Below are positions 1 to 16,600 of a stretch of 64,000 bases of DNA, one piece after another; position 1 is the stretch's first letter, and every line of letters begins with the position of its first letter. Location: the NCBI GenBank assembly GCA_964016885.1, contig OZ024742.1:47926001-47990000 (forward strand), given 5' to 3'. Position numbers and translations under genes: made by a program. Origin of the DNA: Eledone cirrhosa. Lineage: Eukaryota. Below the pieces are notes generated by a model. The model saw only the letters and a list, made by a program, of their open reading frames with translations, did no database searches and was not told the DNA's origin.

Positions 1-1605
1 GGTTGTATCGATGAACATTACATCCTGGTATTTATTGCTATCATACCATGAGTTTATTCTATTAGCCTTGTTGCTAGTTCTTTCTATTCTATTCCAAAAG
101 TTGCTCCTATACAAGGGGCAGGTCCCATTTGTGTCATTATTTACCATTTTTTCCCATTTGGTTCTGGCTCCTCTATACACTCTGATTTTATCTCTCTGAT
201 TGTAGCCAGAGAACTGCATACGGTGGATGAAGTATTGTATGTGTCTCTCTAGTTCTTCGGGGTTGCACATGCGGGACACGTTTCTCATCACCCGTACCAA
301 ATCCGCAATCAGTATGTTGATTTTGGTATGGTCCGAAACGGCCGAGTTTCGGTGGATCAGATGTTTGGAAATCATGGGTTTGGCATAATGGGAATGGAGG
401 ATTTGTTTTTTCGTTATTAATGGTATGTAACCAGAGTTCTGTGTCTAGTACAGGTAATCGATGGTTGGGGTGTTTACTTGGGTAGTCTATAGTAACTCTA
501 ATGCTCTGGTGAATGGAATTAGCTATTTGCTGGATGCTTTCCATTGTGTTTTTCTCTAGTTCCTGACCGTTCTCTAGTGGGGATGTCTTAACTACGATGT
601 TTATATCATCAACGTAGCGGGAGTACATTATCAGGGTTAAGGGGTCTTCTAATTGTTCTTTAAGTTTAAGTTTAAGTCTACTGTCCCACCATACCATGAA
701 TAAGTTAGCTATGTCGCCTGCAATGCTAACACCAATGGCTGCTCCTTCCTCTTGGGCATATGTATTTCCATTAAATTTGAACATATGTTCCTTAAGGGAT
801 AGTTTTATGCTGGCCCCTACCGCATGTGCAATTATTTTCTTCAGTTCATCCTGGTTTTCGGGTGTCCGTTCCATCTATCTGTGTGGGTTTTCTTGGCCAT
901 TGAGGTAATGGTAGGTGGTTTGCCTCTTGTTGGTCTTGTAGGGCACAGGTTGCTAAGGTCATATGTGTCTAGGTAATTATTACTATAGGTAAGTTTAAGT
1001 AGAAGTCCCAGCTCACTGGTATCAATCCCACGGAACTCAACATTGCTCTCACTGATCCTTTTCTACGCATTTCTCCACAGCAAAATCCACGTCAATAGAT
1101 GGATACAGGGACACAACATCCATACTACCTATTATGCAGTTTGTTAGGTCCCTAGATCGGTTACTCACGCAGATTCTGCTAAGGAGGTCCTCCGAGCTGT
1201 CATACATCTGGGGACATTTCAATGATGGGGCGTATGATCAGGGAGAGGAAGTAGGACAGTCTGTAGTTACTAGCAATGTTAGCTCCACAGACTGGCCGTG
1301 TTGGTGGTCCCGCGACAGGGTCACTGCCCGTTTTATGGTCTTTTCGAAGCCCATACAACGCCGGCACGTCATTGTTCCAGAAAGTTGTTGGCAATCCTTT
1401 TGTTGGGCTGCATTATATTCGTCCACATCACCATATGGGCATTGAGGGCTTTTTCTCTATCCTCATGCTCCTGTGGTGTTACCTCTCTTGTGTTAGTGAT
1501 GTGGGGTTGCATTGCCTGGATGTAGTTTGGCAGGCTGTCAACCGACATTCTGCCAGACTTGTCTGTTGGAAAGCATGCTATCTCTCCATTACGAGAGCGC
1601 TGCAC
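1..1605 (-). pseudogene. Penelope-like element reverse transcriptase, frameshifted, runs off the left window edge; clade uncertain
   Basis: Collinear minus-strand pieces: FPTDKSG (1369-1605), YGLRKDHK..GPPTRPVCGA (1200-1394), FKFNGNTYAQEEGAAIG, SRYVDD and DYPSKHPNHRLPVLD (188-874). These are PLE RT motifs in order, split by frameshifts. Confidence 0.8.
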
Positions 1606-1777
1606 AATTTAGTATATCTAGATCCGAACTTAGAAAGTATTATAGAACAGTATAGCAAGAAGCATAATAGAATGGAGGCCCAGAAACTGGGAGAAAAATC
1701 TGCAAATGGCTTGCGTAAGCTCATGCAGCGCTCGCGTAATGGAGAGATAGTCTTCAAAATTATAATTATTACTATAG

Positions 1778-1853
<76 letters not shown>

Positions 1854-2454
1854 GTATATACACATATGTGTGTGTATATGTGTAAGTTTATATATATACA
1901 TATATAAATATATGCTTGTGTGTGTGGGTGTGTGTGTGTGTCTGTATATGTATGTTTCCATGCATGAATGAATACACTAAGCTTTAGATTTAGTAGAATG
2001 TACAACGACTTGCCATAGGGCCACTTGGAAACCTGGCTGGACGCTGGTTCCCGGTAAACCTTATCAGTTTTGTCTACCGCTATACCACAGAGACAACTAC
2101 GAAAATCATATGAAGATTCATACTTATAAACATTTCAAAATTTTCAAAACATAATGATGTGCTGTCGTTCGTGCCTTTCGTAATGTTATTGCTCCTACTT
2201 AAGCTCAACATCTAAATCATTTGGATGTTGCGTAAAATACATCATTGTTTAGGTTCTCATCTATCTAGACTATATTTTAACCTGTAATCCATGTTTCATT
2301 TCTGTTGCACTCCATTTCTCCCTTCCCCCTCCTCTCTTCTTTCTATTAAGACTTGGTCTTACATTATACATATATATATGTTTTTTATGTCAGATTCAAG
2401 CTTTAATACATATGTGTATATATATATATATATTTATATATCTATATATATATA

Positions 2455-2598
<144 letters not shown>

Positions 2599-2619
2599 TC
2601 ACACACATATATACATATA

Positions 2620-4251
<1,632 letters not shown>

Positions 4252-4254
4252 ATA

Positions 4255-5372
4255 TAAAGATAAAGAAGAATGAATAATAACAGGTAGACATCATAAAAAG
4301 GTAATTTATTCCGTGTGCTTACAAATGTTTCCACGGTGGTACTACAGCCTAGTTATGCTATGTGTAAATTTACAACTATTTGCAAAACTCAAATATCAAA
4401 TGCTGTGACCATTGTATCATCAGAGCAGAATGATTAAAATGTACAATGTAAATACCCTTAAGTGAGGTTAATGGAGAAGATAGAGTAGAAAAGGAAGAGA
4501 GAAAAGTAGGGGAGAGGAAGGGAGAGAGAGAAGGATATGCAGGGGTTGGAGAAATAGGAGAGAGTGATTTGTAGATATCTTAATTAAAATGTTATGGTAG
4601 GGGTTTTATTATACTGGTTACTCTTAGAGTGACCACCTTAAGCGATGCGTTGATAGTCAAGTTTGGAATTATTTATTGCCCCAGAGGGCTGGTCCATAGA
4701 TGTGGAGAGGGAGGGATGTAGGCCAAAGGCGAGAGAGAGAGAGTGAAATGGATATAGAGGGAGAGATAGAGGGGGGACAGACGAAAGCTATGTGTTGGGT
4801 GAACTTTGGGTTCGTAGTAGTAATCTGCGAATTGCACTAAGTTACCATTTATAGTGATAAGCAGGGTATTGTCGTGTAGTGTGGGGGAAGAGAAGGTGGT
4901 TAGCTAGAAAGCGATGTTATAGTTACGGGTTGGAATGTTAACTTATTTTATACAGACAGAATTTAGCTTTTAGTTTGTGGTTGCAGTATAATGATCGATC
5001 GATTCTATCGTTAAGTAATTTATTTTTGGATTTTAAGATGTAAAAGAGTTCAAAGTTACATAACCTACAGTACTTCAATCCACTCCGATATGCACTTGCG
5101 CTGGAAAGTATATCCCATTTTAAGGTGAACTGTTGGTTGCGTTCACGGAGTTGCCAGGTCTTGTTGGCGAGCGTGGTCACAAAACGGTGATCAGGATGTT
5201 TAATTGAGAATCGATGATGGTACCAGTGAGATTTAAACGAGGTCGTGGTAGACCCAATGTAATACCATTTCCGGTCGTTCGATTCAACCGCCGTGCATTG
5301 GTAAACAATGTTGGACATTGGGCATTCATTCTTCAATGGACATCAGTCAGGTAGATGGCAGTTGCAGTTTTT
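4255..5372 (-). mobile_element. 5'-truncated Naiad-type PLE: GIY-YIG endonuclease remnant plus 3' pseudo-LTR
   Basis: Reads CNCHLPD*CPLKNECPMSNIVYQC..YYIGST..CRLCNFE..CNH (ORF 4938-5336 plus upstream codons). Flanked by (TA)n on both sides, with an HHR in the 3' region. Confidence 0.85.
4316..4427 (-). ncRNA. Type I hammerhead ribozyme motif with canonical core and long stem II
   Basis: Minus strand: tgct-CTGATGA-tacaatggt..(~85 nt)..accaccgtg-GAAA-CATTTG-TA-agca. Stem I is tgct/agca and the cleavage triplet is GUA. Confidence 0.7.
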
Positions 5373-5373
5373 G

Positions 5374-5447
<74 letters not shown>

Positions 5448-5847
5448 AAAATAAACAGGAGCTATTCATCATTAATCCGCCTCCTATTCATCATTAATCC
5501 GGTCCCTCCTCTCCCTAGAAGTCTTATATATTTTTATGTGGGCTGATAGGGGTCGAATTAAGGAATAGCAGAAACCCAAGAAGCTAGATTTACCACCTTT
5601 CTAGTGGGTCCGGGTAAGTTTTTACATTCATATAAATTATTGATTTATTGATATTTTATCCGAGTGACCCGAATCTTCCTGGTCGTTATTTTTCGGCTGC
5701 ACGGGTGTTTTTAGGCATAATCTTTGTGTGTTGGTATCTTAACGATAGTTATAGCTCAGATTTATCTGAATTATTGAGCCCTCTGCCACTCATGTCGGAT
5801 TTGTTTATCGTAAATCCGTAAGCTGATTTTCCGATACTCGATTATTC

Positions 5848-5885
<38 letters not shown>

Positions 5886-5889
<4 letters not shown>

Positions 5890-6165
5890 TTTACGTATCG
5901 AGAAAGAGAAAAAAAGGGGGGATAGGTGATACATATAGTTATTTGCCAAGTAGCGTATGCCAAAGATGCTCGATACTAGTGCCGGCAGTATTAAATATTC
6001 GAAGTGTTAATATTTAGTGGGCTAGAGAGTTAGCAGAGCGTAAGCACGTGGGAAAGTAAAAATTCGGAGAATAGACCGTTAAAACATGTTTATTTAAAAT
6101 ATACCTACGTACGTTTCGCCCAGTTGGGCTTCTCAAGGGCATAAATAATCACAAGTGTTCCTTAT
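5886..6165 (-). mobile_element. Solo pseudo-LTR of the Naiad family at 27144-28890, with HHR motif at 6106-6136
   Basis: Reverse complement matches ~28600-28890 almost exactly and includes TTGAGAA-gccc-aact-gggc-GAAA-CGTACG-TA. Confidence 0.85.
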
Positions 6166-6173
6166 ATATATAT

Positions 6174-6841
6174 ACGCAATGAATTCTCGACGGTTATATT
6201 ACGTAACTGTCTTTATCCCATTGCAGAAACTAATTAGTTGGAGTGAAAATTTTAGTAAGTAAGTTAATTTTTTAAATCTTTTTTTTAAATTTTCTTATTT
6301 TCATATTATTGTTCTGCATCCTCCTGCATTGAACCACCTAGTTACTATGACATAACTTATGTATCTGCTGGCATTAGCTTACATCTGTACGCATATGTTA
6401 GTAGATATACTAAATTCTCTATATTTATCGCCAAATTATTTATTTGTTGAGCAAACCTGCCAAAACCACTACTAATTCATTGGTGTGGTGGTAGACTTCT
6501 GTCATCTTACCATCCCACTCCTTCCGACTAGCCTCAGTGTCACGTGATTGATTCTTTAGAATCTGCCATTTGACCAGAGACAGCGAACTGTTCAGTGCAT
6601 GGAATCCAGTCCCCGCTAGCTGTTCCATCTACCGAATTATTATTATTTTTATATGAGTCCCCGGTCTCCGCGCATTGCCTGGAGACTTAGCTGAGAATAG
6701 ACTCCCTGATGACGCATTGAATTCTCGACGGTTATATTACGTAACTGTCTTTATCCCATTGCAGAAACTAATTAGTTGGAGTGAAAATTTTAGAAAGTTA
6801 ATTTTTTAAACCTTTTTTTTAAATTTTCTTATTTTACGTCC

Positions 6842-6845
<4 letters not shown>
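6174..6845 (+). mobile_element. Diverged copy of the 557-bp-unit non-coding family, about 1.25 tandem units (period 538)
   Basis: aattctcgacgg recurs at 6182 and 6720. The sequence is the reverse complement of the 18145-20130 array unit with scattered substitutions. Confidence 0.85.
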
Positions 6846-8163
<1,318 letters not shown>

Positions 8164-8642
8164 CGGATTAACAAATAATAGTTAAATGCAGTCCACTTAG
8201 GTGAAGTCCAGTTATGGTATTCCAGGTAGTGGATGATATTAACGCTTGGCTTGGTTTGACTCAACAAGGCGTTTTCATAGTGATGCTGTGGGTATGCTGT
8301 AATTCCTATGTTGTAAACACTTGGAGTAATAATAAATCAGGAAAGAAGGTTTACATGGTTTGCTATACAAAAAAGTTTTTAATCACATATCTTACATTTG
8401 TTTCACTGAACTGGTATGTCTAGAGATCGCTATCCGCCTAATTTTGCGTCACTCGATCGCCAATACAGAATTATAACCAGTCAGATCATCGGAGCATGCG
8501 AGAATGAAGAAAATACACAGGCAAGAAAAGAAAAGAAAATATGGAGTAGTTATGGCATTCAATTAGCACAATAACAACAACAATTATTATAACAATGCTA
8601 TCAATAAACTATTTAAGGAGATAAATAGTTTATATATCTACG

Positions 8643-8674
<32 letters not shown>

Positions 8675-9031
8675 TATATATATATAAATATATATACACA
8701 TATATGTGTACATAGACACATACATACACATCAATATACACTCGTACAAAAATATACATAGATGCAAAGAGAAAAGCGTGCTAATTGTAGTTATGGCAAA
8801 AAGAAGGTAAAGTAACATTGTAGTAGTGAAATGAGAAAAACTAGGATCTAGGATCAAATGATTGCAGCAGCTGAGAAGGAGTAAGATTGTTGGTAGATGA
8901 GGTATTTACAGACAATTGTGTGGTATAGACTTGTGAAGGAAATAGTATACTTAATGAATATATTTCTGTGGGTAGTAGGTATCCTAATTTAAAGCTATGG
9001 TCCACCTGGTTCCTTACTACATTTACTTCGT

Positions 9032-9062
<31 letters not shown>

Positions 9063-9469
9063 ATATGTATATATGTATATGCGTGTGTGTGTTTGTGTGT
9101 CTAGGAGGGTTTGTGTGTGTATACGCGCGTGTTTGTGTATATACATACATTTAGACGATGTAGTAATTAAGAAAGTAAGACGTGCTACAGATTTATTCTC
9201 ATATGATATATTCCATTGACTGTTTTACATCTTTGAGCGTATGTTAATTAAAACAATGATAGCCGACGTAATTATATTGTACATTTAAAACAGCTTTATT
9301 TCTACATACCAATTGTTTGTATGAGCCCGTAACTTCTGAGGGAATTGTATGAGTGCCGTACTGACATGCAGCGTATGTGCTAATTAAACCTGGCGAGCTC
9401 ATCTCCTCCCCAGGTCGGAAGACCATAGATTTCTTCCAGGGATTACAGAGAGCGATAGAGCTTGTGGGA

Positions 9470-9625
9470 ATGATATATAGAAGAATAATCGAATCCAGTA
9501 CTGGACTGATACATTTTTTTACGAACTCGAACGGCAAAGTTAACTTCAACGAGATTTGAGCTCAGTTGCAGAGATTCGGAAATAATAGTGCAAGACATTC
9601 TATTCGACATTCTTGCGACTCTGTT
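9470..9625 (-). mobile_element. Degenerate tRNA-derived SINE
   Basis: Reverse complement ctgagctcaaatctcgttgaagttaactttgccg..aaatgtatcagt..agtactgg resembles the SINE at 42071-42262. Confidence 0.5.
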
Positions 9626-11329
9626 AAGCTGTTGCTTATATAACAATTACAGGGGTACATATTTAAAGCCTTCTTTCAATTCTTGCTGGAGCTAATTCTT
9701 CCAATACAGGTTATTTTATTTTTAAAGTATAACCATGTAAAGTATTCAATATTTTAAGTATTTGTGAGTGTCATATATAATAATCTATAATTATAGATAT
9801 CAAGTGAATCAAGTCTGTGCTCATTGTGTCTCTCTGAAGTAACCTTTACCATCGTATGTAATTCAAGTGCTCTTAAGAAAGTTATGGACACCAGTAAATC
9901 TAATTTCCATTACATTAAAGTCTGTGACAGACATTGTGTCTAAGTAAGCAATCAATGTTACTAAATACTATATGACTGTGGATTTTCAGTATTATCGCTA
10001 GTGCGGGAAATATGATGCCCTGCAATATTTCGTTACATCATTCTTGTGATGCTAAGATCTCGAATCCAAACAAGGTTCCCGTTTCTGTTAATATTCTGGG
10101 GTAAGGAGAAAAAATACAAAAGATGGTTCTTAACCATTATACTCCCACCTATCAAAAATTACAGATTAGTAAATATGTGAAAATAAGAGAATAAGGAAAC
10201 TCTTATTTCGTAAAGAAACAGACAATCTCGGTAATTGGAATAAACAGATATATTCTAGTTACTTTTGTCTTCCCAGAATTCCACATCTATCCGAGCTCAC
10301 ACGACGCACTTAATTCTCTACCTGTTTCAGGTTTTTTGTCTCGCATGTAATAAACTAGCTTTAAAGTGATTTTCTCGCCTCCCTCGATATTTCAATAATT
10401 TTCAGCATTTTCAAAGCATAAACGTTTTCTATATAACAGAACACGTAGACGTTCCAGATTAACAAAGTTGATATAAAAAGGCCATTAAACTAGCACCACC
10501 TTACCTATAATAATACATAGAGAAATAAAATAACAATAATACCAAATGCATGGAGACAGAATGTTAAGACTTATCGTATTAGAATAAGTCTATTATTTTA
10601 TGTATCGGAATGCTTTAACCAGTAAACTGCGGCAGTACTGGAGCAAAGAATCTATTTACTTGATCATATCGATTTGAATTCTCTCTAATTTCAAGTTTGG
10701 TGTTTATTTCATTAATTCCGATTTTTTCCTATTTATGTTGCAAATTTCGTAATTTGCATTGATAAAATAACTTCATCTATTTAAACTCCGCCTGGGCAAG
10801 AAACTATTTAATAAATTACATTTGAGGAAATCAAAACATTAGCTATTGGAACGGTTTAGAATGAAAGAAGGAGTTGAAAAGGATTAACTAATTTAAATAT
10901 ATTGTGTTTCTTTCTATATAATGTATCATTGACTATATATAACTATTTCAGCCAGAAGTGGCAAATAATATCGATGGCACAATGTGGGTAATCAAACAAG
11001 TACTCTACTCTTATGGAACCCATCGCGGTTGACGTCATAAACATATAAGGAAAGAACTGTGAAAGATATCGTTCAATTGAAATCTCGACATGATCTCATA
11101 TCGAACGAATCTTCATGAAAGTACACAAGGACGCTTTTAATCTTCAGAAATAATATAGGCACCAAGCCTCTAGTTGCATTGAGGTTATACTGATAATTAT
11201 TCTGCAAACAAGTGCTTTCAACTGTGGTACGAAAAAAAAAAATCTTTCAATTAACGCCTACGTTCTTCAGTTCCGTCTACTTCTTATCTCTCTATGTTTG
11301 TCTGCTTCTTTCTCCCTCTCTCTTTCTCT

Positions 11330-11332
11330 CTG

Positions 11333-11402
<70 letters not shown>
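11330..11402. repeat. (CT)n microsatellite
   Basis: Directly visible. Confidence 0.95.
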
Positions 11403-11406
<4 letters not shown>

Positions 11407-11938
11407 TCTCAATTTCACTTATTATACTTCCAGCATTCGTCTGTATTTTTCTGAAATCTATTAATCAAGAAATATTTCCGAAGGCAATGCACTATTGTCC
11501 GTATGTCATTCTCTAATCTCTACCAATCTTCACGAAAAGCTATTACTTTGTCAGATCAATACATTTCATTGTTAGTAAAATAATACCAAATGCCTTAATC
11601 TTCAAACTCTGCTCTCGCTTTTATTTTATAATTACACTGAAAGCGGACATAATTAATAGATGTACTGAATGTATGAATCTAGAGGTAGTGAAGTAAAGAG
11701 AAACGAATCACGCAAGACACAGAAATATGTCGGTCAAACGTGTCTCAGATGGCAGAGACAGAAAATAAATGAACAATAGTTATTAGTCAGCATTCAGGGC
11801 ATTTCTACTGAGAAGAAATCACCAGGATTTTCAATTTTTATCAGCTACAAAAAGGATTAGAAAGGAATAAACGCTAGCGGGTTGTGAATCTAATAGATTT
11901 GGTTTGGAATACGTACAGACACACACACACACACACAG

Positions 11939-12060
<122 letters not shown>

Positions 12061-12155
12061 TTAATTAGACTTTATTGAGCGCTTGCCACGCATCTCGGAG
12101 TTGTTTTTCGCTAATTTCCGATAGCCGAAATACGATTCTCGCTAATTTGTATTTG

Positions 12156-12216
<61 letters not shown>

Positions 12217-12222
<6 letters not shown>

Positions 12223-12762
12223 CAGCACAGACTCCACTACAGCAATGAAGAGGCGGATTTTCAGGTCTCTACGAAGGTCCGACTTCCACACCGATCTCAA
12301 GCTGTGGCACGCCGCCAAGGCCTTGCTCTTCCTCTCAACCACATCATCTTCCGTATTCCCAATCTTTGCTCCCAAATACAGGAAGTCCTCAACCAATTCC
12401 AGCGGCTTCCCGCCTACATTAGTGATCCCCTCTGGCCTCTCAACATTCTCTACCAGATATTTTGTTTTAGTCTCATTCATTCTCAGCCCCACACTCATCG
12501 ACACAGTCTCAACCTCCCGCATCAAATCCTCTGCCTCCTTCACTGTATTTGTCACCAAAACTATGTCGTCGGCAAATTCAGCATCCGATCCTTTGGGAGC
12601 CCCTACATGGACACACTAGAAGAGGAAGACCAAGGTTAACATATGTTGATGCCCTAAGGACAGACACTGGTCTGTTGGAGATGCAGGATATGGCAGCGAT
12701 AATGAGGGACAGAGACCGCTGGAGAGAACTCGTCCATGGATCTCGGGAATTTTACCCGCCTT

Positions 12763-12764
<2 letters not shown>
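12217..12764. mobile_element. RTE-type LINE 3' fragment with inverted 5' part
   Basis: 12217-~12590 on minus reads ADDIVL..GLRMNETKTK..FLYLG..KIRLFIAVVESVLL. ~12590-12764 on plus reads LWEPLHGHTRRGRPRLTYVD..MRDRDRWRELV, the RTE C-terminus, and ends in (TA)n. Confidence 0.85.
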
Positions 12765-12802
<38 letters not shown>

Positions 12803-13495
12803 ATTGTAATTTACTACACAAAACGAAGGTTATAGAGAAAATTGAGGTTGGTAGTGGCACATGGAATATATAAGAGACAGAATACTTTTTTGTGAAAAAA
12901 CATATAATTTTATAAGGTAAGGAAATAATAAAGGGTATAAAAAATGACCGGTTTCGATGGGTCTGCAAAAGCCATCTTTTCAAATGTTGATTAATATTAA
13001 GAAAAATTAATAATAAGAAGAGTTAAAATTTGAGATTTGAAAATTCAAGTATAAAATTCATTGTGGGATTTCATAGTAGTTTTCATCTTGGTAGCAGCTA
13101 GTTGACTGCTGTGTGCCTTTCTGGTAGTGAATGAGAAGTTATTTGGGGGTGTGGGTTATTTTATAAAGGTCAGATTTAGCAATGGCCAGATGGCCAGCTG
13201 CTGGTCAGTGAGGGGGTGGAAGCAATATACATACATATATCTCCCTGTGGTCGGTAGGAGAGGGGAGATTGATAGAAAGGGATTTAGTGCACTTACACTT
13301 ATATATACACACATACCTTCATCCACACATACATACATATACATATACATACACATATATATATATACATATACAAACATACCTACACACACACATACAT
13401 ATACATACACACACACACATATATGCACATACACACACATATATATACATACACATACATCCATATACACACATACATACATACACACACACACA

Positions 13496-13531
<36 letters not shown>

Positions 13532-13583
13532 ATATACATACACACATACAAACACACACAAGCCTGAAATACCAGGATACTCG

Positions 13584-15877
13584 ATGGCCCCCCCTCAGGA
13601 GAAACCAAAAATAATCAACCTCTCAAAGACACCTCTAACCAACACACAAATCAACATTTTAAGTAAGGGCCTGAAATTTACACCTACACCACGTAAACCA
13701 AACTTCCCCGAAATGAAGGATGACATCATGGAATACTGCCGAAAGCTGCGACTAACGGAATTCTTCCACAACGACACCAACACTGAAGACGAATCACTGG
13801 TTAGAAATAAAAGCAATTTCTGCCCAGAAAAGGGAAGAAATAAAGCACTGGACACGTACTGCGAACACATCACCAATTTTCCCTATGAAAAAATTACAAA
13901 TAAACACACGAAATCAAACCTATCTACACACGAATGGGAAGAATTATTCACACTTAGAAACAACCCTGAGATAACTATCAAAGAAGCCGATAAAGGCAGT
14001 ACTGTTGTCATTATGAATACGGACTACTATAGGACCCTCGCACTTAACATTTTAGAAAACAACACATACTATGAAAAAACAGAAAACTACAAACACACCA
14101 AAACAATGGGGAACCTTTTGACCTTACTGAATAAATACCGCAACAGCTTAACCACAAAAGAGTTAAACTATATAAGCCACTTCAAATGCAATACAAGCTC
14201 TTTTTACGGCTTACCGAAACTCCATAAATGTAAACCCATAAACGATACATGTGACACCTCAACCAACAATTACATTGAACTAACACCACCAGAAGACCTA
14301 AAACTCAGGCCAATTATAGCAGGCCCTACATGTGAAACCCACAGACTTAGCAACTTTCTGGACATCCTACTGAAACCCTTTCTACAACATATACAGAGCT
14401 ACATACGAGATGACCTTGACATGCTGAAACACCTCCCTAAAACAGTAAGTGCAAATACAATTCTTGTCTCCTTTGACGTAATAAACCTCTACACAAACAT
14501 ACCCCACAACTATGGAATAACAGCAGTCCAATACTGGCTTAACACACACCCATCAGAAATACCGACACGCATCAACAAAGATTTTATCACTGACGGACTC
14601 CGCTTTATCCTACAAAATAACTACTTCACATTCAATGGTTCAACATACAGACAAGTATCAGGTACGGCAATGGGCACGAAAGTAGCACCCATATATGCCA
14701 ACCTAGTCATGGGATTCCATGAACAACAAATATACAGTCAGTCCCTTGTCTTATTTGGAGACTCTTTCCACACACACCTCAAAGCCAATTGGAAAAGATA
14801 TCTAGACGACTGCTTTATCCTATGGCAAGAAGACATGAATTCACTTACTATGTTTAAAAACATGATAAACAACACAGATAATAACATACAATTCACAATG
14901 GAATCCAATCCCAAGGAATTAGCCTTCTTGGATATTCTCATCTATGTAATAGACGGGAAATTAGATACAGATATATTCTATAAACCCACAGATTCCAAGC
15001 AATACCTCTTTTTCACATCAAGTCACCCAAAACATACAAAACTTAACATTCCTTACAATTTGGCCAAACGTATATGTACCATAGTATCAGATCCACCTAA
15101 ACGGGAGCAAAGACTAAAGGAACTAAAAGACACCCTTATCTTAAGAGTCTTTCCACTTGAAATAATCAACAATGGAATAGACAGGGCAAAACACCTAAAT
15201 CCCCATCAACTTAACAATCCAAAACAGAAAACCACACTCAACACCCTGCCATATGTATCCACTTTCAACCCCAGAAATACCGAAATGTTTGATCACCTAC
15301 ACAAAAACCTCCCCATCCTACTTAAAGATGTAAAAATGAAGTCAATTCTTGAAACACAAGATCCTTAAAATTAAAAGACAACCCAAATCACTAAAACGCA
15401 TTCTCACTGGACCAAATATACCCAAACCAATCCTCAACCCTACAGTTACCAAATGTGGTAGAACAAACTGTGGAACGTGCCTCTACCTCACTGAAGGACA
15501 AAAATTTACATTTAAAGATGGCCAAACATTTACAGTAAAAAACAATTTCACCTGCAACTCGGAGAACTTGATTTACGCAATAACTTGCGGTGGGTGCAAA
15601 CACAACTACATAGGAGAGACGGGCACCTCATTACGCAAAAGAATGACCATCCACCGCCAACAAATCCGGGACGCTAACACAAGAAAAAATCCCCTTGAGC
15701 AGCCATATTGCGAACTGCGCAGGAATGACACTACCCAACTTTAAAATCTTCCCCTTCTACAAGTGCTCAGATTCGTTCACACAGCAACAAAGAATAAACA
15801 AAGAAAATCTATTCCTTAACAAATTTAAACCAAAACTAAACGGGTCATCACCCAAATATAATTGTCATAAAATATAA
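13584..15877 (+). pseudogene. Neptune-type PLE polyprotein (RT + Cys-rich linker + GIY-YIG) with two frameshifts
   Basis: IINLS..LSKGLKFTPTP, KEADKG, YGLPKLHK, LRPII, FDVINLYTNIP, GTAMG, RYLDD, FLD, then KCGRTNCGTC..FTCNSENLIYAITCGGC..YIGETG..RMTIH..PKLN. Frame changes near 15350 and 15690. Confidence 0.93.
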
Positions 15878-16189
15878 ACACACATACGCACGGAGTGACA
15901 GATATATGTGTTTGTATGTGTGCATGTATATAATTATCACTACTATTAAAGACCAGAGACCAATTCTGTAGAATCAAGTTTATTCGTTGACAGACCATGC
16001 CTTTGTGTGACCAACACATCCATGTTAAACCCTGCACGTGCACACACATATATCTATATATATATGCGCACACAGAATTCCCCACTGTCGGTTGCGGGGC
16101 CCAATCTACATGAAGAACTCAATGTGATCAGAATGACTTGTATTTTAATTTCAGTCCTAACTTCTTATATTATGGAAAAAAAAATGTGT

Positions 16190-16247
16190 ATGTATGTATA
16201 TATATATATTTGGAGGCCATTTCTCTGTGTGTGGGTGTATGTATGTG

Positions 16248-16317
<70 letters not shown>

Positions 16318-16600
16318 TATGTGTGTATGTATATATATATATGTGTGTGTGTGTATGTATGTGTGGGTGTGTGTATATATATGTGTATGTATATGTGTGT
16401 ATATATGTGTATGTACACATATATATATATATATGTGTGTGTGTGTGTATGTATGTGTGTATCTGGATGTATGTGTATGTATATATGTGTGTGTGTGTAT
16501 ATATATATGTGTGTGTATGTGCATATATGTGTGTGTGTATGTGTGTATGTAGATGTATGTGTGTGTGTATGTATGTTTATTGTGTGTGTGTATGTATGTC
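16190..16600. repeat. (TG)/(TA) compound microsatellite inside the PLE 3' region
   Basis: Directly visible. Confidence 0.93.

Noticed and set aside
5342-5347. In-frame TGA in the minus-strand Naiad zinc-finger region (CNCHLPD*CPL)
   Set aside because: It falls one codon before the Cys, not on it, so it is ordinary decay. It also cautions against over-reading the TGAs at 54749 and 54767.
9244-9646. Overlapping short ORFs in moderately complex sequence
   Set aside because: Partly a degenerate SINE on the minus strand. The rest has no recognisable homology.
13127-13567. ORF MNEKLFGG.. duplicated at 17249-17674 (-)
   Set aside because: The duplication is just the inverted pseudo-LTR. It has no recognisable domain and runs into microsatellite.
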